Part shown: positions 1 through 13,073 of the stretch, piece by piece | Layout: every line of letters starts with the position of its first letter | Numbering within the stretch: the first letter of the stretch is position 1 | Assembly (NCBI GenBank): GCA_965644265.1 | Contig: OZ286462.1 | Span: forward strand, 22,072,001 to 22,136,000 | Source of the DNA: Glycera tridactyla | Lineage: Eukaryota | Direction of reading: 5' to 3' | Length of the DNA stretch: 64,000 nucleotides | Position numbers and translations under genes: made by a program | The notes under the pieces: generated by a model | Told to the model about the DNA's origin: nothing | Databases searched by the model: none | The model's input: the letters and a program-made list of their open reading frames with translations, nothing else

Positions 1-34
1 TAACCCCTGTGAGTATCTGTTTATATGTTTTTCT

Positions 35-58
35 TGTGTGTGTGTGTGTGTGTGTGTG
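35..58. repeat. (TG)n microsatellite
   Basis: Perfect TG dinucleotide run. Confidence 0.95.
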
Positions 59-1395
59 TACATGTAAGTGTACTTATCGAGTTTTAATTCATGATTTATC
101 AGAATACAAAATCCCGAATACGGAAATTCTTACTGCATGAGATGCTGTACAGTGTACAAAGTAACACTCGACCTTGAAAATTCATATTAGGTGCTTGTGC
201 AAACAAACGTTACATGGCCATATACTGATATATGATTTGAAGCCAAACGAGGAAGAATTATGGATTTAAACAAAAATGGATACAGCATACAATATTGCTA
301 ATTGCGAGGAAGATGATGAAGACTACGTATCCTTGTGTTTGCTGAGCGAGCATATTGATATGGAAATATGTGAGAAAGTATTTTTCTAGGCGCGCTGTTT
401 TGAAAAGGCATATACATGTTTGAGTGGAGGCAGGAATATGTGATAGAATAAGGAGATCTAATGCCTTCGGAGAGACATAAGAATTCCTGACACAAAGCAT
501 TCTTCCAGCACAATAATAATGTATGAATGCCATAAATTCAAAATAAGAGACATTGACAAACTAATCATGACATTTTCGTGAAGCACGAAAGAAATAGAGT
601 GGAAGGTTGAATGATGTGAGAGGCAGAGTAAATGGGTGGATAATGTGAGAAATAATTCAAGGATATTGCCCGTGCAACAGATATATCGTCTGACTGGGGA
701 AGAAATATTCACAATTGACTGCATACAGAGACATCTTTTGAGACTGACAAGGGAATCACTGCTATGCAGGTTTGATTTGATTTGATTTCGAAACTTTATC
801 TACAATCGTCACATCAGTTGCATACATATAGGTGCATACGTCTCCAGAATGACGATGGTTAGAGAGACGAATGCATAAAACGATGAGTAATCCGACAAAA
901 CAGATGTTAGTCACACACGGAGGTGAAATGAGATGAATGATCCTATGAGATGATATGAGATAAGTGAATAGGCACTTACCCTATATTGTAATACAATGCT
1001 GATTCTTACAAGGTAATTTATTGTCATCTAACACATGAATACAGGTGTGACATTGCAACAGGGTTCCGGTGTGGTATGATAATATAATAGCATTTAGGCA
1101 GATGCTCCCTGAAAACTGAAATAAAAGATGCGCCTTAACCAGATTTCATCGAAGAATTCATCGAAAAGAAAAACCTCAGTAAGGCTTGATGAAGAGCATA
1201 GATATGGAAGCTTCTATTAGTTATCGAAACTTAGATACAAACTTCTTATTTTTGCACACCTCAATACCGGAAGTGTGGTATATTTCGTGGTAATGTATCA
1301 TCAGAAAAAAATGCATCAACAACCTTCTGGTCTGAGCAGCTTGAGATCGGGGGAGGGGGGGGAATCCCACCTCAATATATTTCAAATAAATATAA

Positions 1396-1637
1396 TGAAC
1401 CTAGCCCCTAAGGGCGTAGTTCAATAGAAATCCTGTGCCACTCCTTGGCGCCAGTGCTAACATTGACTATAAAAGGGCCGACATGCGAGAAAATTCTTCA
1501 GACTTTATTATGGCGTTGATGACATTGCCTGATCCAGAGCCAACTGGGTGGGCCCAAACAGGGTTGGGTATGTTAGCACTGGCGCCAATGAGTGGCGCAG
1601 GATCTCTATCGAACTATGCCCCTTGGGGCTGGGTTCA
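1396..1637. mobile_element. MITE-like foldback element with ~68-bp terminal inverted repeats
   Basis: Left arm tgaacctagcccctaagggcg...ggcgccagtgctaacat (1396-1463) is the reverse complement, with a few mismatches, of atgttagcactggcgcc...ggggctgggttca (1570-1637). No coding content; no clear TSD. Confidence 0.75.
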
Positions 1638-2949
1638 ATATCCAATTCTGTGCCACAGTGAACATAGACTTTTCATGAATTGCATTGTCAGCAACGCAAG
1701 AGGCACCACAAAGTGAAGGTACCAAAAAAGTTTTAATTGGCTTATGCAGTGATCAAGCCAGCGCCGCCGCCAGATGGGTATACTAACATGAGCTAGCCGC
1801 AATCGGCGGTGATTGGTAGCTATACACTGCTGGGCCAATTTTCTCCCAATTTCGGAACTGGATGTCAGGTACTTGTGGCTTCTAGTTTAGATGTAAAAGA
1901 TACAAGGTCTGAATATCACAATGTTGGGAATATGGAGGAACTATTGACAATGTGAAATCAGAAATATCCCCAGATACTTGAAAAGCATTGGATCATTGCG
2001 AATGATGGGCATATTCATTCAGTGACGCCAACTGGTTCACCGAAAGCCGGTCATGTGTGTTGATGCCCATGCTGCATACTTATAGATTACCTCTGTTATT
2101 TGCAAGATAATAGCGGGAGTTCCCCAGCAGTGGCGTTCATAATCGACTAGTGGTATTTGTTCCCAGTTAACTGATGTCTATTATTCCGTACCTGTATTTT
2201 CTGAATGGAGGATATCTATTTGACATAGACATAGATGCACATTTTCATAATTCAATTAATGTAAAGACGAAATGACCAATTTCATCGGTTTTACGCAGAC
2301 ATCAATCATTACTCAGTCAATCAATCAATCAGTACGTGTAGTTGTCTGTCCCTCCGTTGTCTGAAACAACTCAGCCTGCGGGTACCATGGATACTTTTTC
2401 ACAAGGAACATGAAATGATTCGGTCATCGATGTGACATCCACCAGGAGGTTTTTGTTGCCGTCGGGAGGATGTGGCTCATATCACCTGCTTTGAAGATAT
2501 GTAGCGGTATTATCTATCGATTCTACCATCAACGACCATCAAGAAAAACCCCGAAATATCCATCGATCCAACGCCTGATGCTCTAAGGAAAACATATGAC
2601 CAGCTTTGTCACAAAAATCCATCTAGAGGTGACTTGGATGATCTCCAGTTCTGAGTCAGCCACCCCCCCCCCCTCCCCGCCCCTCTTCACCTCATAAGAC
2701 AAGTCGGCGTGAGTGTCATTCGTGATTCCCACCAATGAAGCCTCCGCCATTCGTGAGAATAGTCCATGAATCAACCAGATTTCTGAGTATTCTTCGAATC
2801 TGACGTATTCTTCTAGTTGCTTGTTCGAAAATGCATTTCAATCAGACTTAGAGTATAAGCTTCAACCAGTCGAGTATGCTATCGTAAGATTCAGTTAGGT
2901 TCATGGAAGGTGCGTAGAGGCGTGACTGAAGTGTCAGCTACTTTCATAC

Positions 2950-2998
2950 CTTTCAGATTCCCTATCATCCTGCATTCAGGGTTTGTAGAGGTGATGCC
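2950..2998 (-). CDS. Weak candidate exon (49 nt, phase 0 to 1, GITSTNPECRMIGNLK)
   Basis: Acceptor cctactctgccccag and donor AAG/gtatga; only one frame is open. No linking exon to 12989 was found. Confidence 0.2.
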
Positions 2999-3246
2999 CT
3001 GGGGCAGAGTAGGCATTTTACATCGATCATGGATGCATGCCACACCTGATTGGCTCGATATATTCCATGACACACAGTGCAATGCATTCACAAACCACCA
3101 TTAGCATCACGTCTAATACGTCTAATACCAGCACCACCACCACCACAAGCAACCACTACTACAAACGCCACCGTGGCTGCCATCACATGGACCACCAACA
3201 GCACCACCACGCTTCACATTTGATGGCAGTCACAGCCATTTCCATC

Positions 3247-3922
3247 TGCGCAATTTTTTGCCGTCGACAATAGGCTCCTCCCTAAAAACGTCGTAAACCG
3301 CCAGTTATACCTATAATTTTAGAAATATGAAAAAGAAACATGTGTATTCCTCGGTTGCACAAGGCAGAACAGCACCAGGAAGCCACTTATCATTCTGAAT
3401 AAGATACCAATCGTAGGTACCATTTTTTTCAAATCCGCGACGATTCCTCATTATAGACATGAGGAATGCAGAAGAAAATGTTTTTTATCCTTTGCCTACT
3501 GTCATGAAAACAGCTTGTTCAGACATTTGTGGATTGATGCTGATCCCATATGTCTGATATACCTCGCAAAAATATCACATGTTATGCGCAATTTTTTGCT
3601 GTCGACAATAGGTTCCTCCCTAAAAACGTCGTAAGCCGCCAGTTATACCTATAATTTTAGAAATATGAGAAAGAAACATGTGTATTCCTCGGTTGCACAA
3701 GGCAGAACAGCACCAGGAAGCCACTTATCATTCTGAATAAGATACCAATCATAGGTACCGTTTTTTTCAAATCCGCGACGATTCCTCATTATAGACGTGA
3801 GGAATGCAGAAGAAAATGTTTTTCATCCTTTGCCTACTGTCATGAAAACAGCTTGTTCAGACATTTGTGGATTGATGCTGATCTCATATGTCTGATATAC
3901 CTCGCAAAAATATCACATGTTA
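3247..3922. repeat. Near-identical 338-bp tandem duplication (2 copies)
   Basis: 3247-3584 and 3585-3922 align end to end with only scattered substitutions. Confidence 0.95.
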
Positions 3923-5389
3923 TGGTACACATATGTCGTTTCATACATGCCGTATCTGTCAACGTTGATTTTACCCTATGTTATGTACGACGATGGTTTT
4001 CCTGAACAGATGCTTTTCGTCCTTAAAACTTTATCGATGCAATCAACAAAAAACTGAATGGGTTTATATAACAGAAACGTGCACACACAGTAGAAACAGG
4101 AATGTAGCAGAAACGTATGTGTATGAGAGAGATACGGCAATGGGCAATGAGAACAATGACTGTAATGCAGGTAGTTTCAACAATCAGTATAGTAGAGAAA
4201 TAGTTTGTTGACGCGACATTGATGACGAATACAGCATTGTGCCTTGCAGAAAGCAATATACTATTAGATAAAAGGTTTGAGTTGAATGATATGGACGAGG
4301 CTGAGCATAGACTAACATCGTGGCTATGACAGGACCTTGCCTGCGAACCATCTGTGGCATCACAATGCAGCATGTGGAGATAATACAGATTGATTACCTC
4401 TGGGTCTTGTACTGGCTTCTAGCACATCAGGGATTCATAGCTTCTGATGCTTTCTACCAACATCTTGCTGTCGGCGACTTTTGATAAACGACTCAGTAAT
4501 GGAAATTTGTGATTATCCATTAGCCTGGAAGACAGCATCGAATCGGAGATGAGAGCTTACGGGATTCAGTCCAAGAGAAAGTGTTTCACCCATTTCCTGC
4601 ATTTCTCTTGTGTTTTTTTGTATTCTCCCTCATCGAATCCTAATTCGATGAGCATGATACGATTCAGAACTTTCTGCTCATCCATCTCACGCAGAATGTC
4701 TCCAATGAGTCAATTTATGCAGTTATTGGACGGATTTCAAATCTTTGATGGACTCATGTGCTTTGTTTGAGTCTCTTCGAGCAATGTTCAAAGGAATACG
4801 GTTAGAATACTGCAATATCAAAGCAAAACATAGCATATGCAGATCACTAATTATTGTCCAGAAGACAGTCGCTGTCTGGTATTGACTGCCAGCACGAATA
4901 CGACCGAAATTTATTAAATTCTGTACATCCGGTAGCTTTGACTGTGCAAAACAGCGACGCAAGCAAACCCCTCAGCGCTATCAACAGATGTTTGCATGGT
5001 TATCTTCGAGGAACACGAATGCAGTCTGTCAAGTTCAATTGTGGCGGCTACGTTTTTCGCAATAAGATCGCGAATTCGCATCGGAGTGAAACAAAACTGA
5101 CTGACAGACAGTGTTGATATATATCCGATGACAAGGAATGTGATCACGGCTTTATAAGGCTTCATACATTTTATTAATGGATAAGAGCTGTGTCGGCCCA
5201 TTTCCCTTCCATGTCAGACACACACACAAAAATTAAATTACAGATTACAAGATACATGCATATTCTTATATACACAGTTACAATTTGAATCAAGAAGTCC
5301 CCTTGTACATCTCAACTTTACTCGGAACACAAAATATGTCAATTTCATGCTTGTTTGATGGCTGGTGCCGCGGCTGTATCTTTACTGTC

Positions 5390-5600
5390 TCACCTACAAA
5401 TCATCGTCCATGAAACCGGCAGTGAAGGTGCAGTGAAATGAAGGCGTAATCGTCTTCAAAAGCATGCCGACTATCTAAAACCAGGTTCGATGATAGCGGG
5501 AAGACCTTTGCTATCCATTCGTTTCATTGAATTTCAGATCAGGCGAAAAATGGCGAGTTAATCGTATGAAACGTTCCCGCCACTTTTGGATTTGACGGAG
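5390..5600 (-). mobile_element. Possible decayed THAP-domain fragment (DNA transposon remnant)
   Basis: Minus strand reads ...TFHT..F...EIQ*NEWIAKV...SLH(F)..., resembling THAP FHxFP..W..CSxHF spacing; stops and frameshift present. Confidence 0.25.
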
Positions 5601-5929
5601 TTCTAGTCTTACCTGATTCGCGGGTCAAGTTAACTGTAGTCTGAGTCACTTTGAATACCGAGCAAAATATTTTTGTTGACAATCTCGCAGACTACAAAGT
5701 GCGTCGTTGCTTGACATATCAGGTGAAATCCTCCAAAATTAGAAAACAGCTATGTTTGAACTTCCCTGAACAGAGCACTTCCCCTATATTATATCTGCAT
5801 TGAAATAATGACAAAACTAATGCTTACACTACTCTTGTAATACTTTAAGAGCATTTGTTAAGCAAAGTCCCTGAATATGACCTGAAAGATACTTCCAACA
5901 TTTTGCATGAGAGCACAACATTGATCGGG

Positions 5930-7200
5930 GTAGTGCAACTTTGGTCGAATCATATCTAAATGGGAGGACTCAGTCTACTGAAGTTCCTCTCTTCTGAACC
6001 GGTGGGATGTGGAGTGCGTCCGGGCTCAATTTTGGGCCCTCTCTTATTCATTTTATATGTTAATGACATGGATTTATATCTAGATGACACAATACCATTT
6101 ACTATGCGGATGGTACCGCTCTCTTAGGCGCTGGTTGAGACTCTATAGAAATTGGATCTAAACTCACTGGGGATTTGAAGCGTATGTCTCATCGATTTAA
6201 CGCCCGTAAACTCACTTTTAATTTGACTAAATCAAACACAATGATATCTGGCACCAACAAACGACTACTAAATCTCCCCGATCTCAAAGTTATTTCAGAC
6301 GGTAGTGAAGTTTTCCCGGTTGATGGATATAAATATCTGGGCATTATTTTAGATTCCCCACTAACGTTTCAATTCCATACTGATTATTCATTGAGGAAAG
6401 TTAATTACCGCCGTCGAGCCATGTACCATCTACGAACATTAATCACTAAAGCTGTCCTCCCACATCGGCGTTCAGTACGACGTTCGACGACGTTCAAGGA
6501 AATCGTCGCTCAAACGTCGTTGATCGTCGCGCGAACTTCCTCGAACGTCGTACATCGCCGATAATCGCCGATAATCGTCGTAAAACGTTGCTGATCGCCG
6601 GGGTACGACGATTGTTTTGAACATGTTCAAAACAATCGTCGCACGAACGTCGCTGAAAGCTAATCGTGGCTTAAACGTCGTCGATCGTTGCAAAAACGTC
6701 GATAGAGACGTCGTAAAACGTTGTAAAACGTCGTCAAACGTCGTCAAACGTCGTTGATCGTCGCGCGAACTTCCTCTGACGTCGTACATCGCCTGTGATC
6801 GTCGCACCATCGTCGCGCCAACGCCAATAATCGCCGTGAGAACGTCGTGCAAACGTGGGTGATCGTCGCACGAACTTCCTCAAAGGCAGCTCAAACGTGA
6901 GAAATCGTCGCAAGAAGGCAGCGAGATCGCCGATGATCGTCGCGCAAACGACCCATGAACGTCGCTACCTTGAACGCCGTTGCTTGATCGCCAAATAATG
7001 CCATTTTTCCTATCGCCCCTCGAACTTCGTGAAACGTCGTAGAACGACGCTGTAAACGTCGATGTGGGAGGACAGCTTAAGGATATGTCACTCTACCTAT
7101 ATCACAACTGTCGTGCTCGCCCGCTCGTGCCCTTCATAGAGAGTCAAACGTGGGACTATTAAAAGACTCAAGACTCTTAGCTTCGTTTTTCAATTAAAGA
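5930..7200 (+). mobile_element. Decayed non-LTR retrotransposon reverse transcriptase (CR1/L2-like), split by an insertion at 6450-7077
   Basis: Reads ESYLNGRTQ..GVRPGSILGPLLFILYVNDM..YADGTAL..LTFNLTKSNTMI..YKYLGIILDSPLTFQFH..LRTLITK, and resumes in frame as KDMSLYLY after the insertion. Confidence 0.9.
6450..7077. mobile_element. 628-bp non-autonomous DNA transposon, PIF/Harbinger-like
   Basis: 18-bp perfect TIR AGCTGTCCTCCCACATCG / CGATGTGGGAGGACAGCT, flanked by TAA at 6447-6449 and 7078-7080. CpG-rich interior of repeated AACGTCGT and GATCGTCGC motifs. Confidence 0.9.
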
Positions 7201-8114
7201 TACCGCGTGAGGATAGGATTAGAACCTCAGGAGTCACCTACTCAGCTGAGATAAAAAATATCTACTTGTGCCAAACATGAGACTATTCTTCTATGACGGT
7301 CTCATCTATTCATGTCTTTGAATTTATCTATTTATTCATTTATTTGTGAGGTTACTATACATATTTCCTGATTCTATGTGACACTTGAACATGATCTCTA
7401 TCCATATCTTTTTCATAGTACGTAGATGTACCTGACTTGCATTTCATTTGTAAACCACTAGTGATAAAACGTATGGTTAATTCTGTCAAGTTTTTGTGCT
7501 TTGACTTTGCGTTTGTATATTTGTATCTTATCTATATCACTCTGTATATCAGTCTTGTATGATGTTATTTGTAAAGAATGTTATTGAAATCAATTCATAG
7601 TTAACATTGTCTAGTCTCTGCTTTTGACCTAGCATTGCTTGTCCGCGGTCCAGTGTGATTTTTTTTATCTTCTTCAAAAAACAAATCTGTATTCGGTATT
7701 CTGCATTCTTTGTCGTATTATCAATACGTCTATGTATTCTTAACTGACCATACATGAAGTAATTGACCAATTCATAATTTGAATGACATCCACGGCTCTG
7801 GAAATATTGGAGAAGAGGTATCTCAGAAAGATCGGATGTGAACGATCAGTCAGTCCATCTTTCAAGAAACCAAATATCATGGTGGCCATCTTGGAATTAT
7901 ACATTCAAAAAGGACGTAGTGAATGAATCAAACTTTCGATATAATACGCCTTGTTATCACATGGATGTGCAATTTTCAGTGAAGTATCAGGTGTTGAGTA
8001 TTGCGTGTGATACTTCGCAGCTGGGTGAGAAATAATTTTTGATGATTTCTCACCTAATCCATGTGATAAAAGCAAGACTATATGACCGTGAGGTAAAAAC
8101 GTGATAACAAACTC

Positions 8115-8177
8115 GGTGTGAATATCTCCAGATGTCGCTCGGCCTTCGGCCTCACGACATCCTGTGAAATTCACACC
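8115..8177. repeat. Nested stem-loop (ggtgtgaat..gatgtcg..ggcc-ttc-ggcc..cgacatc..attcacacc), probably part of an interspersed element
   Basis: Three nested inverted-repeat pairs visible directly. Confidence 0.6.
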
Positions 8178-8369
8178 TCGTTTGGTATTGCGTTTTTATT
8201 TCACGGCCATATAGTCTTGGTATAGTATACTCTTCAATGAGACATGCATTCAGGTATTTGTTTATGATATCGGTGGAATCATTGGACTGCATGGAATTCA
8301 CCAGAAAAATAGCTCTTTCAATAACATACAGCCAGGGACGTATCACAAAGAGTAACTGGGGAGAGGATT

Positions 8370-8760
8370 GCAAAGTTATATTGGTTTTACTCAGAATTGT
8401 AATGAAGAGGTTATGGCCATTCTTGGCGTGCTTTCAAAATTATGGAAAATCACCCAGGAAATCAGCTGGACTCGCCAAGATTCAGGATCTGAGATAGCTA
8501 CATTGAATGCGAAGCTGGTCATCTTTGAACAAACATATTGCCGTCATTCCACATGTAGTGATCACAATGGTCTACCCATCAAAATAATCTCCATAATACA
8601 AGTACACAGGCTTATACTATTATGGACTCCTCCTGCTGTCGTTGGGTCGATCCTCATATACATTATTTCTATCAACAGTGTAATACTAGGAATAGCCATA
8701 TCGAGAATATGTGATCGAGAAGTGGGGATGATTGGTATTAGGACATTAGTATTCACCAAT
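8370..8760 (-). mobile_element. Decayed LINE apurinic-type endonuclease fragment
   Basis: Across frameshifts: YYTVDR..EDRP-TAGGV and ..DFLGDF, matching the APE RxDR...GGV and GDFN motifs. Confidence 0.45.
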
Positions 8761-9299
8761 GCTGTAGAGGAGGTCATGGTGATTAAGAGTCTCATTTGAA
8801 GAATGCATCAGTCCCTACATCACGGCACGGCCGATATCTCGTGTCAAGCCTCGACAATGCAGGCTTTGTTCACACGGCTGTTGCATCCTGCAACAAAAAG
8901 GTTGATTCCAGGGATGCTGACATGCTTTTTTTTGGTACTCACACGTATCATGCCTTTCAGATTGAGTTCTTATCAATGCAGGCTTCTGATTGTTTTTTTC
9001 TTCAATTTCCTGGAATTCATGCAGCCTGCGGATGCATTCAACTTGGACTCTGCTAGCAGATTAAGTATCAGTGCCCAGCTACCTTTACATGCGCCGCTCG
9101 TAGTGATTGGTTGCATGATGCATGTGTTTTTTTTCATGTTTCTCTGATGACATCCCAGTACCGCAGCATAATTCATTCTCGTCGGAATTATCACTCTCCC
9201 TATATCCGTACTAGCCTTGTGTAGATGCGTTCGCATACCCCCAACAGGAGGGGGGGGACTCGTGACTCCATTTGATTTATCACACATGACATCCTAATG

Positions 9300-10150
9300 T
9301 CCAGTTCAATGCCGATGTATAAGTTGCTGATTCTTCGTCCAATGTCATCTAGTGGGTCATTGAAAGGCTTTTCCCATTGGAATTCATTAGAACGGGTCCA
9401 CGAGCTAAATTGCTGGTGGATATCTCGTATACAATGTTATATTCTAATTCAACTCGAAACAAAATAACGATGAAGCATTGGTTATATATGTAAAACTACC
9501 CGTATCATGTACCCTCGAGTAATCACCCGCGTACATGGACGCTCTACAGATATATCGCACCGAAAAGGAAGGTCCTTGTAAGCCGCATGGAACGCAACAT
9601 TGTGTTGAGCTGATGGTCCTGAATTCAGGAGTCTGCCGTCTTCTCATCAGCAAGACTCCATCAAACCAAGTAGTGGTCGCCAAAAATTAAAAATACTAGG
9701 TTTAAGATCAGGAAATTTCTAGTAGACCAAATCAAGGCCTCAATCAATTCAAGAAGGCAACATGGCTCTAATGAAATCAATCAGTTAGATTACAAGTTAG
9801 TGGCGCTTCTCGAGTTCAGGCAGATGTGTTCGTGGTAGATTGTTTTCATCCATATATTCGTAAGACTTCCCATCGAGTAGTCCTTCAAAGACTTTCTCTC
9901 ATCTTAATAATGGCCTCATTGTAGTCGGTCTACTTTTTGTCCGAATTTAAAAACCGAATAATTGGACTTTCTCAGGCCAAGAAGGTTGCACCAGTCTCCA
10001 TAATTTCCTAATGTATGTTTATATATAGGGATTGACGTGCATAAAGGAGTTAATAAAGATGATAACAATAATGGGAACTTTTTGAGAGTGAAATGTGAAT
10101 TTGAATGCGATGGTGACTAAATCTGGCAAAATATCGTTGCTAAGTATTCC
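9300..10150 (-). mobile_element. Decayed LINE reverse transcriptase fragment
   Basis: Minus strand CVPCGLQGPSFSV..MYAGDYS resembles GVPQGSILGPLLF..MYADD; upstream ..EYMDENN-like segment; many stops. Confidence 0.55.
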
Positions 10151-11699
10151 CGAGCATAGGAATTCTATCGAAGCGAAATGTATTCATTCCAATATGAGTA
10201 GTTGACTGATTCAATGATCTCATTATACCGTATACGAGTGAGCCGATCAACTAGAATGAATGTTGTTGCGTGTAGAAACAACATATCTTTGTTTTTATTG
10301 AAGCAATTAGGAACTACAATAAAACACACACACATATGTCATCCGAAGACAATCCGAGTCTATTGAATTCGGAGACATATCGTAATTCCTGGAAGAAAGG
10401 CAGCTGATGTAGTAGTGTAATCCGCTCTAGATTTGCCAATCACGGAGATTGAAATTTATCATTCAGACTTCAAACCGGAACAAAAGATCCATATGATGCT
10501 GTCTCATGTTGAAACATCTTTTGCTTGATAGTAGGAAACAATTACATATAAGAGAAAATTATTACATCTCAAAATATGATACACCTTTCCATCTATGGTG
10601 GCATAGATGGTCCACTTCCTATACTTCCCATAGTACACCCTCCGGATGCTAACACACCAGAGGCCCCATTGACTTTGTACCGGAGGGGTGCATGATCAGG
10701 GACTTGAAGTCGGATGGTCAATTTCTGCTGCTGTTAACTGAGAAAACAACACAGAAGATGTTGGAAAATGTGGTTCTCCCATTCCCCATTGGACAGTGAA
10801 AAAAGATCTCTGAATTTTATACAGAATTTGGAAGATTTCGAAATTATGTTTGTCACTGAAAATAATGAAGAATTTGAGAGGAGGGAATGCATCTCATCAG
10901 AATGCTGTGTGATTCCTCTGATCCTAATGAAGTGGAACATTTTAGGTTGGAGACTGCCTGAAGACGACCAGTTGATGTTTTCATGGCCCGGTTAACAGCT
11001 GCTGACTCTCTACCAGCTGCATCAATTTATGAAATTCTTCAGACTATAGGATGTCATTTCAGTCTGTGTGTGCATTTCTGTGATGCACAGGGGGTTGTTC
11101 ACATGGCCGACATTCAAACCACAGAGGCTTGTTAAGGTCTATCTGTTAATCTGAACCTTCCACTGTCGTTGGTAATGTATTGATGGCCTTGTCATAAACA
11201 GTGCCCACTTTTCCTCGAATGCCTAAAATTTCTCGTTCTTTAATGGCGATCTTGACAATTTGTATTAGAACTAACATGAAATTCGATTTGGTCTTTCAAT
11301 CTGTAGAAGTTCATTTCAATGGAGAATTATTTTTCTTCCAAATATATTGAGGGGAAGTTTGAATAAAATGTCTCTGAAAATGTGCTCTTCTTTGCACTGC
11401 TATACCCTAGGACGGCACGCGGATCCAAATATGGCGTGTTACACATTTTGTCAGAGTGGACCATCTATGCTTCCATCTATGATCCACTGACATCATACGT
11501 TAGTGTAACTCCATTGACATCATAAGATATCCTTAATCCACTAAAATATGTCGGCAGAGCTCCATCTATGAAAGTGATCACAAGTAAGGAGGTTGATGGA
11601 ATGACCAAATAATGTTAATGCTGAATAATATGAAATAGGTCGAAATGAGTCAATCCTCGGAAAAGAAAACTACTGAAAACTCCACCTCCTTTCGATGAA

Positions 11700-12900
11700 A
11701 AACTAAATGGTTGTAGAAGTGGGCAATCCTACCATGGCACTTTGTCCTGGACATACATCATATGTAATCCGAGTTAATGGCTGCCATAGTCAGTTCTTAC
11801 TGAAGATGGTTGAGGCGCCGCTTGCCGCGCACCTGTCTAGAGTAACACAGACCTACTTGTGAACATCATATTTATTGGTAGATCTGGCATTACAGTCAAT
11901 TACTGGTGCCATTGTCACACTTGAAGTATCCGGTTCCGTTCAATCAGTATCATTATTTCTTTCCGTATGAGAATAATGGTGGCCGTTGATGACGTCAATT
12001 GCCATTCTAAATCAAGCCACACCATACTTTGACTGTATCTGACTGTCAATGAGCAGACAGGTGAATGACCGCAATTGGTGTAGTGAGAGAGTCTCCTTGC
12101 GGGTGCTATGTAAATGTATTGGTTTAAAACACACAACCCAGTTTACCTGCGTCATATTTGGTGATCAGTTATCACCTGATCATCCACCTTCCAACATGAG
12201 ACCAGACCTTTTCCCCAGGTGTCTGCACCCAGGCTCATGACAACATGTATCTGGCATGCACCTGGTGATACTATGTCCTACTGCCATTTGTTGACTAGGT
12301 GTTGGACTTAACCTGATATAACATGTTCATCTCTCATGAGTAACGCATATTCTCGTGTCGTTTGCCATGTTCACTTTTGAATCTTTGTGATATTTGGAAA
12401 TATGTGGCAACTTATCATCCATTCATGATCACCTCTATGCATCAGATTTCATGAATCAGCCTCTAATGATCACCATGGGCTCATTGATGGTTTTCCCATC
12501 ATAAAATCCTTGCAGCCAGATGATGCCAGTCTGACCCTGATTGTGTGAGATTGAGCAGATTATCTCGAGTCTGAATTGAATAATCTGTACATGCCGGTTC
12601 TTGATATCCTGGTATGATCACTGTTGGTCAATTCTTGGTCCATTCACATATTTTCAATTGTCATATATCATATACTTTTTCGTGAGTGCTGGAGAATACT
12701 TGAGTGAAGTGGTATGAAGATGGTGAGCATGCATTTTTATCGTTATGCATCTACAACGCTATGAGTTTATTCATTTTGTGTCATGCCAAAGAGTACATCC
12801 ATCGGCAACAGTTCTCCTTGTTCTTGATTGAAATTTGAATTGGACTATCACATGATATCGTCAAGGAGTTATGAGTGCGAATGGTTCTAATCATGCTTTT
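11700..12900 (-). mobile_element. Possible heavily decayed Gypsy-type pol/integrase remnant
   Basis: Frame-broken motifs resembling D.EL..VI..G, PWEKV and G.P...SDNG.Q in the expected order. Confidence 0.3.
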
Positions 12901-12988
12901 ACCAGTATATTATCTCATCAAGAAATGAGAATAATATGTGAGAGTGTCATCGTATTTTGATCGTTTAAACAGAGGAAGCCCCGCTTAC

Positions 12989-13073
12989 CTTTCAAAAGCA
13001 TTTGCGAACAATCTTGTTCAGCTGATAACTCAAGTGACTTCAGCAACTCGCACTTGTTAGCACCTACTTGATC
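12989..13073 (-). CDS. Exon of unknown minus-strand gene (85 nt, phase 0 to 1): DQVGANKCELLKSLELSAEQDCSQMLLK
   Basis: Strong acceptor ttcattcctctccaccttcag and donor AAG/gtaagc; only one frame is open. The amphipathic pattern loosely resembles the last helices of a death domain. Confidence 0.6.

Noticed and set aside
1-6. TAACCC telomeric unit at the window start
   Set aside because: Single copy, no array.
6472-6852. 126-aa minus ORF and the 3' part of ORF 6175-6564
   Set aside because: They are translations of the MITE's internal motif array, not a transposase.
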